Shown here in pieces: positions 19,667-28,711 of a stretch of 64,000 nucleotides of DNA. Under the pieces are notes generated by a model. The model saw nothing but the letters and a program-made list of their open reading frames with translations. It did no database searches and was not told the origin of the DNA. The stretch is taken from the sequence record MN453779.2. The stretch is one strand, 5' to 3'. Each line of letters opens with the position of its first letter. Within the stretch, counting starts at the first letter, position 1. A program made the position numbers and the translations under genes.

Positions 19667-19927
19667 ATGTTGCAGCAACTTCATTGCGTCGTTAATAACG
19701 ATTACACACTTTCTCCTGTCTCTTCTCCTGTTAGTAATGGTGTAATTGTTTCCCTAGCGGTTAGTTCTGATCCAGTGGGTGGAACAACAGGTGTGCTGAG
19801 TTGGAATAACCAGCCGCAAGCATTTATAGTTTACGATCTTACTGGGACTCGCATCAATGGTTACACCCCTGTAAGTACTGACCCTGTTACCATTAGATCA
19901 ATTGACAATATCATTCAGTCTTTGTAA
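19667..19927 (+). CDS. hypothetical protein
   Basis: 86 aa, AAGG RBS. Confidence 0.55.
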   Translation: MLQQLHCVVNNDYTLSPVSSPVSNGVIVSLAVSSDPVGGTTGVLSWNNQPQAFIVYDLTGTRINGYTPVSTDPVTIRSIDNIIQSL

Positions 19928-19945
19928 TGTTAAGTGTAAAGGTTA

Positions 19946-19981
19946 AACTCTAGAGCTGACCAAGTGGTCAGCTCTAGAGTT
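19946..19981. terminator. 16-bp stem hairpin
   Basis: aactctagagctgacc-aagt-ggtcagctctagagtt. Confidence 0.75.
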
Positions 19982-20013
19982 ATGTTTATCCAAAGTCTAG
20001 TTAAGGAATATTT

Positions 20014-20700
20014 ATGAATTATAACAAAGTACGTTCTTATTCTAAATCGTTTCTAACTACCAAAGTTGGAAATACCTCTGTCCAAGTCACTAGATTATTA
20101 ACAGGTGTGTTCTCTTTTGATGTTTGGTTTAATCCGACCCAGACAGACGTCTGCTATAATGTCGGGTTTGAGTTTGAAGCTAAACCCAGTAGGGAGAAAG
20201 TTTATAACCTCTTTATGGAAACCATCACGGCGGATTATGATAGTTTTCCAGACGAAATTAAAATAGTTGTAGAAGATTTTCTTAAACAACTTCGAAAAGG
20301 CAGGACTAAAGGTAGACTATTAACTTTATTTCATAGTTGCGTAAAAGAAGTGTTATACGACTATGAGAAGTTGGAAAACGTTATTAGTGTTAAATCATCT
20401 TTTAACTACAAAGTTAATCTAGGTGAAAAAGAAACTTTGACCCTAACCTTTGGTTTCTCCCAAGGTAAACGTCACGTTAGCGCTAACTTTGTGTTGGGTG
20501 TTCAAACATTTGGGTTTAGAGATGTGTTGGGGCAATGGACCCTAGAGGGTATTTTATCTGAAATTAGAAGACAGCTTGATTTAAGAGCTATCGTTAGAAA
20601 AGAAAAGTTCTTTAATATAATCTCTACTCATGTTCGTGGTAATAAGGAACAACTTGATCACTTATTGCACAGGTTCAATAATAACTTAAATATATTCTAG
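20014..20700 (+). CDS. hypothetical protein
   Basis: 228 aa, AAGGA RBS. Confidence 0.65.
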   Translation: MNYNKVRSYSKSFLTTKVGNTSVQVTRLLTGVFSFDVWFNPTQTDVCYNVGFEFEAKPSREKVYNLFMETITADYDSFPDEIKIVVEDFLKQLRKGRTKGRLLTLFHSCVKEVLYDYEKLENVISVKSSFNYKVNLGEKETLTLTFGFSQGKRHVSANFVLGVQTFGFRDVLGQWTLEGILSEIRRQLDLRAIVRKEKFFNIISTHVRGNKEQLDHLLHRFNNNLNIF

Positions 20701-20709
20701 GGGTAAGAA

Positions 20710-20889
20710 ATGGGAACCACCGTTATATACGAAAGAGAAGAGATTGTATTAAACTTTGAAAAGTTCACTTTAGTTAAAGTGGAAACTGACAAAGGTACTT
20801 ATCAGTCTAGTCTACGTGGACACAATCATAGCCACGATAAATTAAAACGTACTGCACAAGGTATTGTTCAGTATGTAAACAGACATTAA
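20710..20889 (+). CDS. small hypothetical protein (not in ORF track)
   Basis: 59 aa MGTTVIYEREE...YVNRH fills the gap between two genes. Confidence 0.55.
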   Translation: MGTTVIYEREEIVLNFEKFTLVKVETDKGTYQSSLRGHNHSHDKLKRTAQGIVQYVNRH

Positions 20890-20898
20890 GGGGTTAAT

Positions 20899-22836
20899 AT
20901 GAAAAACGGTATAAAAGAACTTCTTGAATTGGAAGCTAAAATTCGTTATCACGACTATCTGTACTTTGTTGCTGATAAACCCTCTATTTCTGATACGGAA
21001 TATGATCAACTGGTCTATAGACGTGAAGAACTACTTAAAGAGAATCCTGGATATCGCCCCGGATTACCACCTGGGTTTATTGAAGACAACGGTGGTTTGA
21101 AAACCGTTGTTATTGATGAACCTATGATTTCGGTGGTTAAGAAGAAAACACGTGACGATATTGAACTCTGGCGTAAACGCAATGTAAAGGGTACTGTAAG
21201 CTACGAAGAGAAACTGGATGGATTGTCCATCCGGTTAGTCTATCGTCACGGTAAGCTCGTACAGGGACATTTAAGGGGGACTGGCTTAGAGGGGACTGAC
21301 GTTACTCACCGCCTTCATATGTTGCGAGACGTACCTACCGAGATCCCTGAGTATAAAGACATTCCCTATTTCAAAGTAACTGGCGAAGGTTACTGTACTT
21401 ATAAGGATCTTCTTGATTACTGTGAACAATGGGATCTTGATCCTAAGGAAACAGAAAGTAGAACAACTTGTTCGGGGATCATGAAGCGTCTTTATCCTAG
21501 TGAGAGGGATACACTTTATTTGTACTTTAAAGCCTACAATGTAAGTAAGGTACTAAGGGATAAGGTCAAGACTTACCCAGAACTCCGTGAACTGATGGTT
21601 AATATGGGTTTTGATATCCCAATGCCGTTTAATGGAAGTTTGCTTAATGAACTGTTTTCATTAAAAGAGAAACCTGATTTTGGTTATGCTATCGATGGAA
21701 TCGTTGTTAAGGATGACGACTTAAGTGTTTGGAAAGATGACAAGATGCAAGGTTATTGGAATTATGCAGCTTGTTATAAGTTCCCTACTGCTTCAATGAC
21801 GACTACCTTGATTGGCGTAGAATGGGGATTAACCACCAAAGGCTATTTAACAGGAACTTTAATTTACGAACCAGTTAACTACGATGGTACAACTTTACGA
21901 CGTGCTAAGTTTGACTATCCAGATAAGTATATCAAAGATGGATTACGAATTGGGAGTGTTATCCAGATTACCAAGTCTAATGAAATCATTCCTAATATCA
22001 TTGGGATGAAAGAAGCTGGAACAGGTAAGAAGGTAGAGTTCCCTAAATTCTGTCCATGCTGTAATCAACCTGTAGTGGTAGAATCACCTAGCATGGTTCG
22101 TTGCGTTAACGATAGCTGTGTAGGGCTACTAATCTCTCATTTGGAGCGTTTGGGTGAGAAGAAGGGCCTGAATATACTTGGGTTGGGAAGTGCTCGTATA
22201 ACAGCTCTGGTGGACGCTGGTTACTTGTCAGAACCTAGTAACATCTTCAAGATCACTTTTGAAGATTATATCAAGTTGGATTTGGTTGATGAGAACACTG
22301 CAAGATCAATTGTTGATCAAGTAGGGAACTCAAGTAAACTCTCTTTACAGAACTGGATCTTTGCGGCCTGTATTCCTAATATCGGATATGTCCGTGCTGG
22401 AGAACTGGCTGATCAACAGGGGGTGTTGTTTACTGAATTAAATACTTTCTTAGCCGCCATGAAAGATCAAAAGGTAATGGAAGAACTTTTTGGTTTAGAT
22501 GGCGTTGTGGCTTGCGAGTATGTAAACAACAATGAAAATGAGCTGGTTAATTTCTTTATTCATTACGATTTTGATAAGGAGATTAAAGTAGAAGACAAAT
22601 TAATTCCAATTGGTATTACTGGATCTTGGAATATCACTCGTGATCAGTTAACAGAACAACTAGCGGAAGTTGGTTATGAACTTGCTGATAAAGTGAGTAA
22701 AAGTATCACTAAACTGTTAGTTGGTAAAGCGCCTAGCCCAGGTAAGATTGCTAAAGCAGAGAAATGGAATATCCCTGTAATAGAAATTACACCTATGACT
22801 ACCTTCGATCAGATCGTAAAGAAATTGAGAGGCTAA
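20899..22836 (+). CDS. ligA: NAD+-dependent DNA ligase
   Basis: YHDYLY..PSISDTEYD, EEKLDG adenylation motif, IDGIVVK, CPCC zinc finger, HhH, C-terminal BRCT. Confidence 0.92.
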   Translation: MKNGIKELLELEAKIRYHDYLYFVADKPSISDTEYDQLVYRREELLKENPGYRPGLPPGFIEDNGGLKTVVIDEPMISVVKKKTRDDIELWRKRNVKGTVSYEEKLDGLSIRLVYRHGKLVQGHLRGTGLEGTDVTHRLHMLRDVPTEIPEYKDIPYFKVTGEGYCTYKDLLDYCEQWDLDPKETESRTTCSGIMKRLYPSERDTLYLYFKAYNVSKVLRDKVKTYPELRELMVNMGFDIPMPFNGSLLNELFSLKEKPDFGYAIDGIVVKDDDLSVWKDDKMQGYWNYAACYKFPTASMTTTLIGVEWGLTTKGYLTGTLIYEPVNYDGTTLRRAKFDYPDKYIKDGLRIGSVIQITKSNEIIPNIIGMKEAGTGKKVEFPKFCPCCNQPVVVESPSMVRCVNDSCVGLLISHLERLGEKKGLNILGLGSARITALVDAGYLSEPSNIFKITFEDYIKLDLVDENTARSIVDQVGNSSKLSLQNWIFAACIPNIGYVRAGELADQQGVLFTELNTFLAAMKDQKVMEELFGLDGVVACEYVNNNENELVNFFIHYDFDKEIKVEDKLIPIGITGSWNITRDQLTEQLAEVGYELADKVSKSITKLLVGKAPSPGKIAKAEKWNIPVIEITPMTTFDQIVKKLRG

Positions 22837-22837
22837 A

Positions 22838-23344
22838 ATGCAATTAGTTATTTCTGCTTTTCCAGGTTGTGGTAAATCAAGTATCTTTAATAATGGAGAG
22901 GAATATAATTTAGTTCCTGTCCCGTTTAATAAGGATTTGCTTGAATTAGGTAAGATCGAGCGTAAGGAAGGTCAAACTTTAGTTTTTGATTCCGATAGCT
23001 CTAATTTTGATAAAACACATTTCCCAGGTAACTATATTAGTTATATTAAGTCACTATTGGAAATGTTTGACGATGTTGTTATCTTTGTTTCGTCTCATAT
23101 TGGCGTAAGGGAGGCTCTTGCTAAAGCCGGCGTGGAATATGTTCTTGTATATCCAGAACCTTATTTGAAACAACAATATCTTGATCGCTATGTAAAACGC
23201 GGTTCTCCGGATGGGTTTATTAAACTACTGGATGAAAAGTGGCTGGAATGGCTAGATTCTTGCGAGAAAGACGAAAATGCTATTAGTCATTATAAATTGT
23301 CCAATGGTCAGTATTTAAGTGACCTGTTTGAAGACTTTAAATAA
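22838..23344 (+). CDS. P-loop NTPase / nucleotide-kinase-like protein
   Basis: ISAFPGCGKS Walker A. Confidence 0.7.
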   Translation: MQLVISAFPGCGKSSIFNNGEEYNLVPVPFNKDLLELGKIERKEGQTLVFDSDSSNFDKTHFPGNYISYIKSLLEMFDDVVIFVSSHIGVREALAKAGVEYVLVYPEPYLKQQYLDRYVKRGSPDGFIKLLDEKWLEWLDSCEKDENAISHYKLSNGQYLSDLFEDFK

Positions 23345-23349
23345 GTTAT

Positions 23350-23379
23350 ACCTTACACTCCGAGTTTGGAGTGTAAGGT
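23350..23379. terminator. 12-bp stem hairpin
   Basis: accttacactcc-gagttt-ggagtgtaaggt. Confidence 0.7.
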
Positions 23380-23445
23380 TATTTATTTGTTTACTGTAGT
23401 GACTTTATATGAAAGAAGTCAATTTATTCTAGGAGATAAGAAACT

Positions 23446-23766
23446 ATGTCAAACTCTATGAAAATCCATCTGACCTTTAAATCGGACATTACTGAACGTC
23501 AGGTTAAAGACTTGTCTACAGCTTTAGATGGTTCTGATAATGTTCGGATTTACGATTACACCAAACGCACTATCGTAGTCATCATACTGGATCGTCAGAA
23601 AATTAATAATCAGATATTTGATCAACTGGCTAACGTTATGTGTTGTAAGGTTGTGACACAAACTGGTTGTGACGATCGTGGTGATAACATCTATGTTTTC
23701 GTATCTCCGTCCAGAACTATTGTTGATACCTCAGCTACTGCTAACGCTGTTCAGAAACTCTTTTAA
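23446..23766 (+). CDS. hypothetical protein
   Basis: 106 aa, AGGAG RBS. Confidence 0.65.
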   Translation: MSNSMKIHLTFKSDITERQVKDLSTALDGSDNVRIYDYTKRTIVVIILDRQKINNQIFDQLANVMCCKVVTQTGCDDRGDNIYVFVSPSRTIVDTSATANAVQKLF

Positions 23767-23778
23767 AAGGAATTTATC

Positions 23779-24393
23779 GTGTCAATGATCATTGATGTAG
23801 AAATTGGTGAAAAAGAACGTCGCGTTGATATATTTAACGGTGAACAACGTTTAGTATTCGTATCTGATAATGTAGCCACTAAAGTGTTTAACAATAAAGG
23901 GGAACAAGTACTTTGGGTTGAATGCCATATCAGTTTTGCAACTGTCTATCCAGGGATTACCGAGATCGTTAAGAAGTACATTGCTGGTGTTAACCTTGGG
24001 TTTGATAGACCCCTACTAGCTAATCAACGTCACACTTACTTCCAGTTGTTAAGTGAGTGCATCGAAATAGTTGAAGGTAGGAAACACACTATCGATGTTA
24101 GTACTAGTGAAACGGAATGGGTTCGGTTACCTCTAGGTGGTATTAGTGGTAAACTTTCAACCTCTGATGAGCAAGGTAATGAAATTACTTACGAAGTTCA
24201 TCGTAAGATCAAGCAACGTGAATTCGTTACCCATATCGTAAAGAAGATTAATCAAAAGTCAGAAGACTTTACTGATCGTAATCAGATTGAACACGGGAAC
24301 GTTTATCACATCCACACTCAGATTGCAAAGCCTTTGAAGAGTATTGTCGATATTGAGAGGTTCCTATGCGATCATGTAAGAGGATATAAATAA
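23779..24393 (+). CDS. hypothetical protein
   Basis: 204 aa, AAGGA RBS. Confidence 0.65.
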   Translation: MSMIIDVEIGEKERRVDIFNGEQRLVFVSDNVATKVFNNKGEQVLWVECHISFATVYPGITEIVKKYIAGVNLGFDRPLLANQRHTYFQLLSECIEIVEGRKHTIDVSTSETEWVRLPLGGISGKLSTSDEQGNEITYEVHRKIKQREFVTHIVKKINQKSEDFTDRNQIEHGNVYHIHTQIAKPLKSIVDIERFLCDHVRGYK

Positions 24394-24779
24394 TGAAAAG
24401 AGATCCTAAATTGAATCCGTTTGATCCACGTAATCCAGAGTACTGGTTACGTAAACACCTAATTGGTACTACTAAGATTGACTATGGTACCAGTGTTAAC
24501 CCCACTCCGGGAAACTGGGGTTATAACCAGTATCTTTTTGAACCTAAAGCTATTTCGTTAATCAATCCAGCTTTGATCAAAGATTGGAATGAACGTAGTT
24601 ATTCTGTTTCTATGGATCCTAATCCAGCTGAAGAAGAACTTGTGTTTATGTTAGCACAGGAATATCCTGCTGATCCAGATTTCATTAAAGAGATTCTGGA
24701 GAATCCTAACACCGATCCTTGGATTCTTAATAAGATCAAAGAAACCAAGAAAATGATGGAAAATAAAATTACCCATTAA
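24393..24779 (+). CDS. hypothetical protein
   Basis: 128 aa, TAATG coupling. Confidence 0.65.
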   Translation: MKRDPKLNPFDPRNPEYWLRKHLIGTTKIDYGTSVNPTPGNWGYNQYLFEPKAISLINPALIKDWNERSYSVSMDPNPAEEELVFMLAQEYPADPDFIKEILENPNTDPWILNKIKETKKMMENKITH

Positions 24780-24798
24780 AATAATTAGGAGTCTAGAA

Positions 24799-25485
24799 AT
24801 GTTTAATGTTAGATTAATAGATTTTTGTTTCCACATCTGTCCAGAAAAGACATTTGGTGAAATGTGGAAGTTTGCTGAAGAGTTGTTTAAGATCAGAGAT
24901 GGTCTTGCTAACGGAACAGAGTACAATCCAATCATTGGAATAGTAGACGGTCAACAGATCATCTTGACTCCCATCCATACTAAAAACTCTATTACTTATA
25001 AGCTAGAACTAGGTTCTCTTGTTTGGGTTATTCACGATAACATTACTGGGGTACCTAACCAGGATTTTAGTAGAGAAATACTACGGTACATGGGTTGGCA
25101 TTTTAACGATAAGACACTGTACGATATATTTAATCTTGAAGACAGGCTGCGCAAACCTGAATTCGCGGATCTTTATGCTCTTTGGATTAAACTTATTGAA
25201 GAGTTCAATATTAATAATGAAGGATTTGAAGAAAGTAATATTTGGCTAGGCCCCGAGAAATGTATTAGGATAATTAAACCTAGACCAGCTACACGTCCTG
25301 ACGAAATCATCGGTAAAGTGGACATTATTAAAAATGGTGTCTTTGATAGTTTTGTATTCACTACCGACGGAATACCCTTTAAGAAAGCCATGGAACTTAG
25401 AACTACCTGGATTAGACAGGAAGGTAGTTTTATTACACAACCAACTCTTAGTTCTAATCCAGATTTTACTCAAAAGGAATTTTAA
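24799..25485 (+). CDS. hypothetical protein
   Basis: 228 aa, AGGAG RBS. Confidence 0.65.
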   Translation: MFNVRLIDFCFHICPEKTFGEMWKFAEELFKIRDGLANGTEYNPIIGIVDGQQIILTPIHTKNSITYKLELGSLVWVIHDNITGVPNQDFSREILRYMGWHFNDKTLYDIFNLEDRLRKPEFADLYALWIKLIEEFNINNEGFEESNIWLGPEKCIRIIKPRPATRPDEIIGKVDIIKNGVFDSFVFTTDGIPFKKAMELRTTWIRQEGSFITQPTLSSNPDFTQKEF

Positions 25486-25486
25486 T

Positions 25487-26161
25487 ATGGATATGTTCCA
25501 AGAAAAACTTAAATCTTACGAAGAAGTACCTGAAGGTGTTACTTATCGTAGACAGATGGTCAGAGACCCCTCAATTGGTCAGGAACAGATAGTCGATCAA
25601 TTGATCGTGTACAAGCACGGTTTCTTTATCAATTGCAATAAGACAGTTGTGGAGATTTGTCCTACAGTTAGCTCATATTCAGGTGGTTTTTCGCACTTAG
25701 GAAATAACGTAAAGATAGGTGTTAAGTTACTTATCAATGGTGACGAAGTTTTATCCATTAAAGAAGTACAACATGTAGACGACTGGATCGACTATAAGAA
25801 CATCAAAATGATTGACTTCGTTGCAAACATGGTTGTTCTTGGGTATTTAAAACCGTGGTATGAACTCGATAAAGTCGTCGGATTGATGTATCCTTGTTTT
25901 CAATCGTTAGGCATTGTTTATCATCCCAGTGTTGAAAATTGGGTGGATATCCCATTTGACGATGGTGATATTCAAAAATCTATAGATGGTAAGGTTTATT
26001 GGTGTATGAGAAAATACACCAACGGTTATTATGTAACCAAGTATATGTCATCAAGTTACCATAAACACTTGGAATGTCCTGGTAGTAAAGTGGTAATTAG
26101 TGAGAAAACTAAAGAAGCACTCCCTGTGACTTTACAGGAGGCTTTAGACGCCTTGTCATAA
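25487..26161 (+). CDS. hypothetical protein
   Basis: Start reassigned to ATG 25487 (AAGGA RBS, directly after upstream stop). Confidence 0.65.
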   Translation: MDMFQEKLKSYEEVPEGVTYRRQMVRDPSIGQEQIVDQLIVYKHGFFINCNKTVVEICPTVSSYSGGFSHLGNNVKIGVKLLINGDEVLSIKEVQHVDDWIDYKNIKMIDFVANMVVLGYLKPWYELDKVVGLMYPCFQSLGIVYHPSVENWVDIPFDDGDIQKSIDGKVYWCMRKYTNGYYVTKYMSSSYHKHLECPGSKVVISEKTKEALPVTLQEALDALS

Positions 26162-26171
26162 GGAGTTTGTA

Positions 26172-26300
26172 ATGGAAGATTGTAAAGAGACTAAAAGTTG
26201 GATTTGTTACACTGACGGTTCAAAATTGGGTGAAAGTACCACCGATGGAGGACCTGGTGGGTGGAAAGTTATTGTTCAGTATAATATAAAGACTTTATGA
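26172..26300 (+). pseudogene. orphan N-terminal fragment of RNase H (42 codons)
   Basis: AAGGAG RBS then MEDCKETKSWICYTDGSKLGESTTDGGPGGW, homologous to WVCYTDGS...GGSGAW of the full gene. Confidence 0.8.
26291..26299 (+). promoter_or_regulatory. putative late promoter for HNH
   Basis: GACTTTATG, matches GAYYTTATG motif; overlaps orphan stop. Confidence 0.45.
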
Positions 26301-26315
26301 CCGGGGTATATAATA

Positions 26316-27800
26316 ATGTCTATTAAAACACTAACTGAAATCCTTGGTCTTTCTCTTGAATTGAAAGATTATGAAGACAGAGTACAGAAAAGATACGATT
26401 ACATTCAAGAACAATTGAAGCTTGATCCTGAGTTTGTAGCTTATGACTATTTGGAATACTGGGATGGTCGTGCCGATATTCATTATATCATTGATAAGTA
26501 TGTTATTGACACTAAAGGTAATTATTACTTAAATAATAACGGCATTTGTTCTCCACTAAAGGATAAAGAGAATAAGTGGGGAAAGTGGGTAGCTATAAAC
26601 CAGAAATGCGAATATTTTCAAACCCGCCGCATTGTTGCTAGTATGTATGTGCCTAAATCAGATAGTATCTTATTTATTCCATATTGGAAATTGGACGTAA
26701 AATATAAGGATGGGGATAGTAAAAATAAAAACTTTGACAACCTTGACTGGAGTGAAATAAAAGAAGGAAAAGATTATTTAGCTAGTTTACCTAAAACTTT
26801 AACTGAAATCCTTGGGTTAAAGTATGATGAAACAATGAGTTACGAAGAACGTGTTCAAAAGCGTTACAATTACGTTAAAGAGCAATTGGAACTAGATCCT
26901 AACTATGAAGGTTGGGATGTGGTGGAATTTATTAGCGGTGGAATTTATCTAAAACACTTAGTGTGTTTTAATTACCTAATTTCTACCTCTGGTAGGGTTT
27001 TAACGACCGATAAAGACGAAAGAGGATATAAAATACTAACTGGAACGGTTGGTACGGATGAGTATAAGTTCCAAAATTTTCGCGTGAATAAAGATAGACA
27101 TCGTTGTACTATACACCGTGCAGTATCTTCCACGTTTATTTACAAACCACCGCACTACCAACAAAAATTAAATCGCCTGGTTGTTAACCACAAAGATTTA
27201 GACAAATTAAATAATCATTTTACTAATCTTGAATGGTGTACTACTAAAGAGAATGTCCGACATAGAGTTTTGGGATATCAGGCGACGAATATCTATTTCA
27301 ATACAATCTTCGAAGGGACAGTAGAAATAGATTGTAAATATAAAGGTGTTAAGTTTAAAGTTTTTGGCGGTGAAGGTTTGGAGAGTATAGGGTTAGGACC
27401 TAATACTTTAAGTGGGGTATTTACAAAAGGATATGAACTTTCATTTGGGTGTAGCTGGAAGATAATAAACCAAGAAGAAGCTGATAGACTTCCGGATATT
27501 CCTGAGTTTATTAAGGGCAAACTTCTTAATGATAGAAGTTTTATGGACTACCGCATTAAACCTACGAAGGGAACTGTTGTTAAGGACTGTGAATTTAAGG
27601 ACCTGGAGTTTGTTATATTCGGTAGGAGAGAGTTTGTTGGATCTGGTTTTGACCAAGGGTCTGTAGGTAAGGCAATGAAAACTGATACTTTACACCAGGG
27701 GTGTAAGTGGGAGTTTATTACTAGAGATGAGGCTGAACTGTTACCAAGAGGACTAACTAAAGAACAAATGAAAACTATTATTACTAAAAGATGGCCTTAA
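26316..27800 (+). CDS. HNH homing endonuclease with duplicated N-terminal module
   Basis: VNHKDLDKLNNHFTNLEWCT HNH motif; KTLTEILGL...RVQKRY module occurs twice; two C-terminal repeats. Confidence 0.85.
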   Translation: MSIKTLTEILGLSLELKDYEDRVQKRYDYIQEQLKLDPEFVAYDYLEYWDGRADIHYIIDKYVIDTKGNYYLNNNGICSPLKDKENKWGKWVAINQKCEYFQTRRIVASMYVPKSDSILFIPYWKLDVKYKDGDSKNKNFDNLDWSEIKEGKDYLASLPKTLTEILGLKYDETMSYEERVQKRYNYVKEQLELDPNYEGWDVVEFISGGIYLKHLVCFNYLISTSGRVLTTDKDERGYKILTGTVGTDEYKFQNFRVNKDRHRCTIHRAVSSTFIYKPPHYQQKLNRLVVNHKDLDKLNNHFTNLEWCTTKENVRHRVLGYQATNIYFNTIFEGTVEIDCKYKGVKFKVFGGEGLESIGLGPNTLSGVFTKGYELSFGCSWKIINQEEADRLPDIPEFIKGKLLNDRSFMDYRIKPTKGTVVKDCEFKDLEFVIFGRREFVGSGFDQGSVGKAMKTDTLHQGCKWEFITRDEAELLPRGLTKEQMKTIITKRWP

Positions 27801-27853
27801 ACCAATTTGGTCATACCCAAGGTGTAATAGTTTCATTGTCATTGAGGAAAGGT

Positions 27854-28396
27854 ATGGAAAACATGCAATGGGTTTGTTACACAGATGGGAGTTGTCTTGA
27901 CCAAAACAGTGGAACAGGAGGAAGTGGCGCGTGGGCATTTCATGCTATTTTTGGAGAATCGATAGTAGAGAAGTCTTGTGGGTATTTTAAGACTACTAAT
28001 AATAGGATGGAGATATTAGCCATTATCTCTTTTCTAGAGGAGTTTCAAGAGCCCACTAAGGTTACTATACGAAGCGATTCTCAATACACCATTGATGCCG
28101 TTACTAAATGGATCTATGGTTGGATTAAGAATGACTGGGTAACTTCTCAGGGACAACCTGTAAAGAACAAAGACTTATTTGAACGATTGTTTAAATTGGT
28201 AAAGTTTCATACAGTGAAGTTTGAAAAAGTAAAAGCTCACTCTGGCATTATTGGTAATGAACGTGCTGATGAATTAGCCAAGGAAGCAGCAGGAAATCCA
28301 ACATTAGTTGATGAAGGTTATATACCTCCAGATCCTAATGAGGTTAAACCTGTGGTTGTAAAAAAACCTTGGTGGGTAAAATATAAAAAGAAATAA
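27854..28396 (+). CDS. rnhA: ribonuclease HI
   Basis: YTDGS, TTNNRMEILA, IRSDSQY, VKNKDL, KVKAHSGIIGNERADELA. Confidence 0.93.
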   Translation: MENMQWVCYTDGSCLDQNSGTGGSGAWAFHAIFGESIVEKSCGYFKTTNNRMEILAIISFLEEFQEPTKVTIRSDSQYTIDAVTKWIYGWIKNDWVTSQGQPVKNKDLFERLFKLVKFHTVKFEKVKAHSGIIGNERADELAKEAAGNPTLVDEGYIPPDPNEVKPVVVKKPWWVKYKKK

Positions 28397-28397
28397 A

Positions 28398-28427
28398 GTT
28401 CACCCAACTCTATTGAGTTGGGTGAAC
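28398..28427. terminator. 13-bp stem hairpin
   Basis: gttcacccaactc-tatt-gagttgggtgaac. Confidence 0.75.
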
Positions 28428-28435
28428 AATTCAGA

Positions 28436-28458
28436 ATAATTTATTTATTTTATATTAC
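28436..28458 (+). promoter_or_regulatory. putative early promoter facing tailspike A 3' end
   Basis: ATAATTT-atttattt-TATATTAC. Confidence 0.6.
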
Positions 28459-28603
28459 ATTGACCAAGTAAATGACATTGGTAGAACACGATCGTATATT
28501 CTATTACAACTTCAATAAATACAAACCCGGCGAAGCGGGGTAGTGTTTCACTCAAAAACTGGACCCGGGAGTGTTATTGCCCCGTCAATTACACCCGCAT
28601 TGA

Positions 28604-28705
28604 ATTGTACCTGAGCCGTACCGGCCATTGACAGTATTTTGGGTGACGTATTGGGTAGGTTCAACCAGAGCAAGCGCTAATAAGGATTCGTTGATACGAC
28701 GGTGA
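28604..28705 (+). pseudogene. relic C-terminus of small membrane (holin-like) gene
   Basis: ...VFWVTYWVGSTRASANKDSLIRR*; 18/20 aa identical to right-arm copy. Confidence 0.55.
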
Positions 28706-28711
28706 AAAGAA

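Larger units (their letters stand above)
26265..27934 (+). mobile_element. putative homing-endonuclease cassette (HNH plus replacement RNase H 5' end)
   Basis: Bounded by the homologous Trp codons of the two RNase H N-termini. Confidence 0.55.

Noticed and set aside
26172-28396. Group I intron in RNase H
   Set aside because: The downstream gene is complete with its own YTDGS and RBS, so splicing is unnecessary; I saw no intron core elements flanking the HNH
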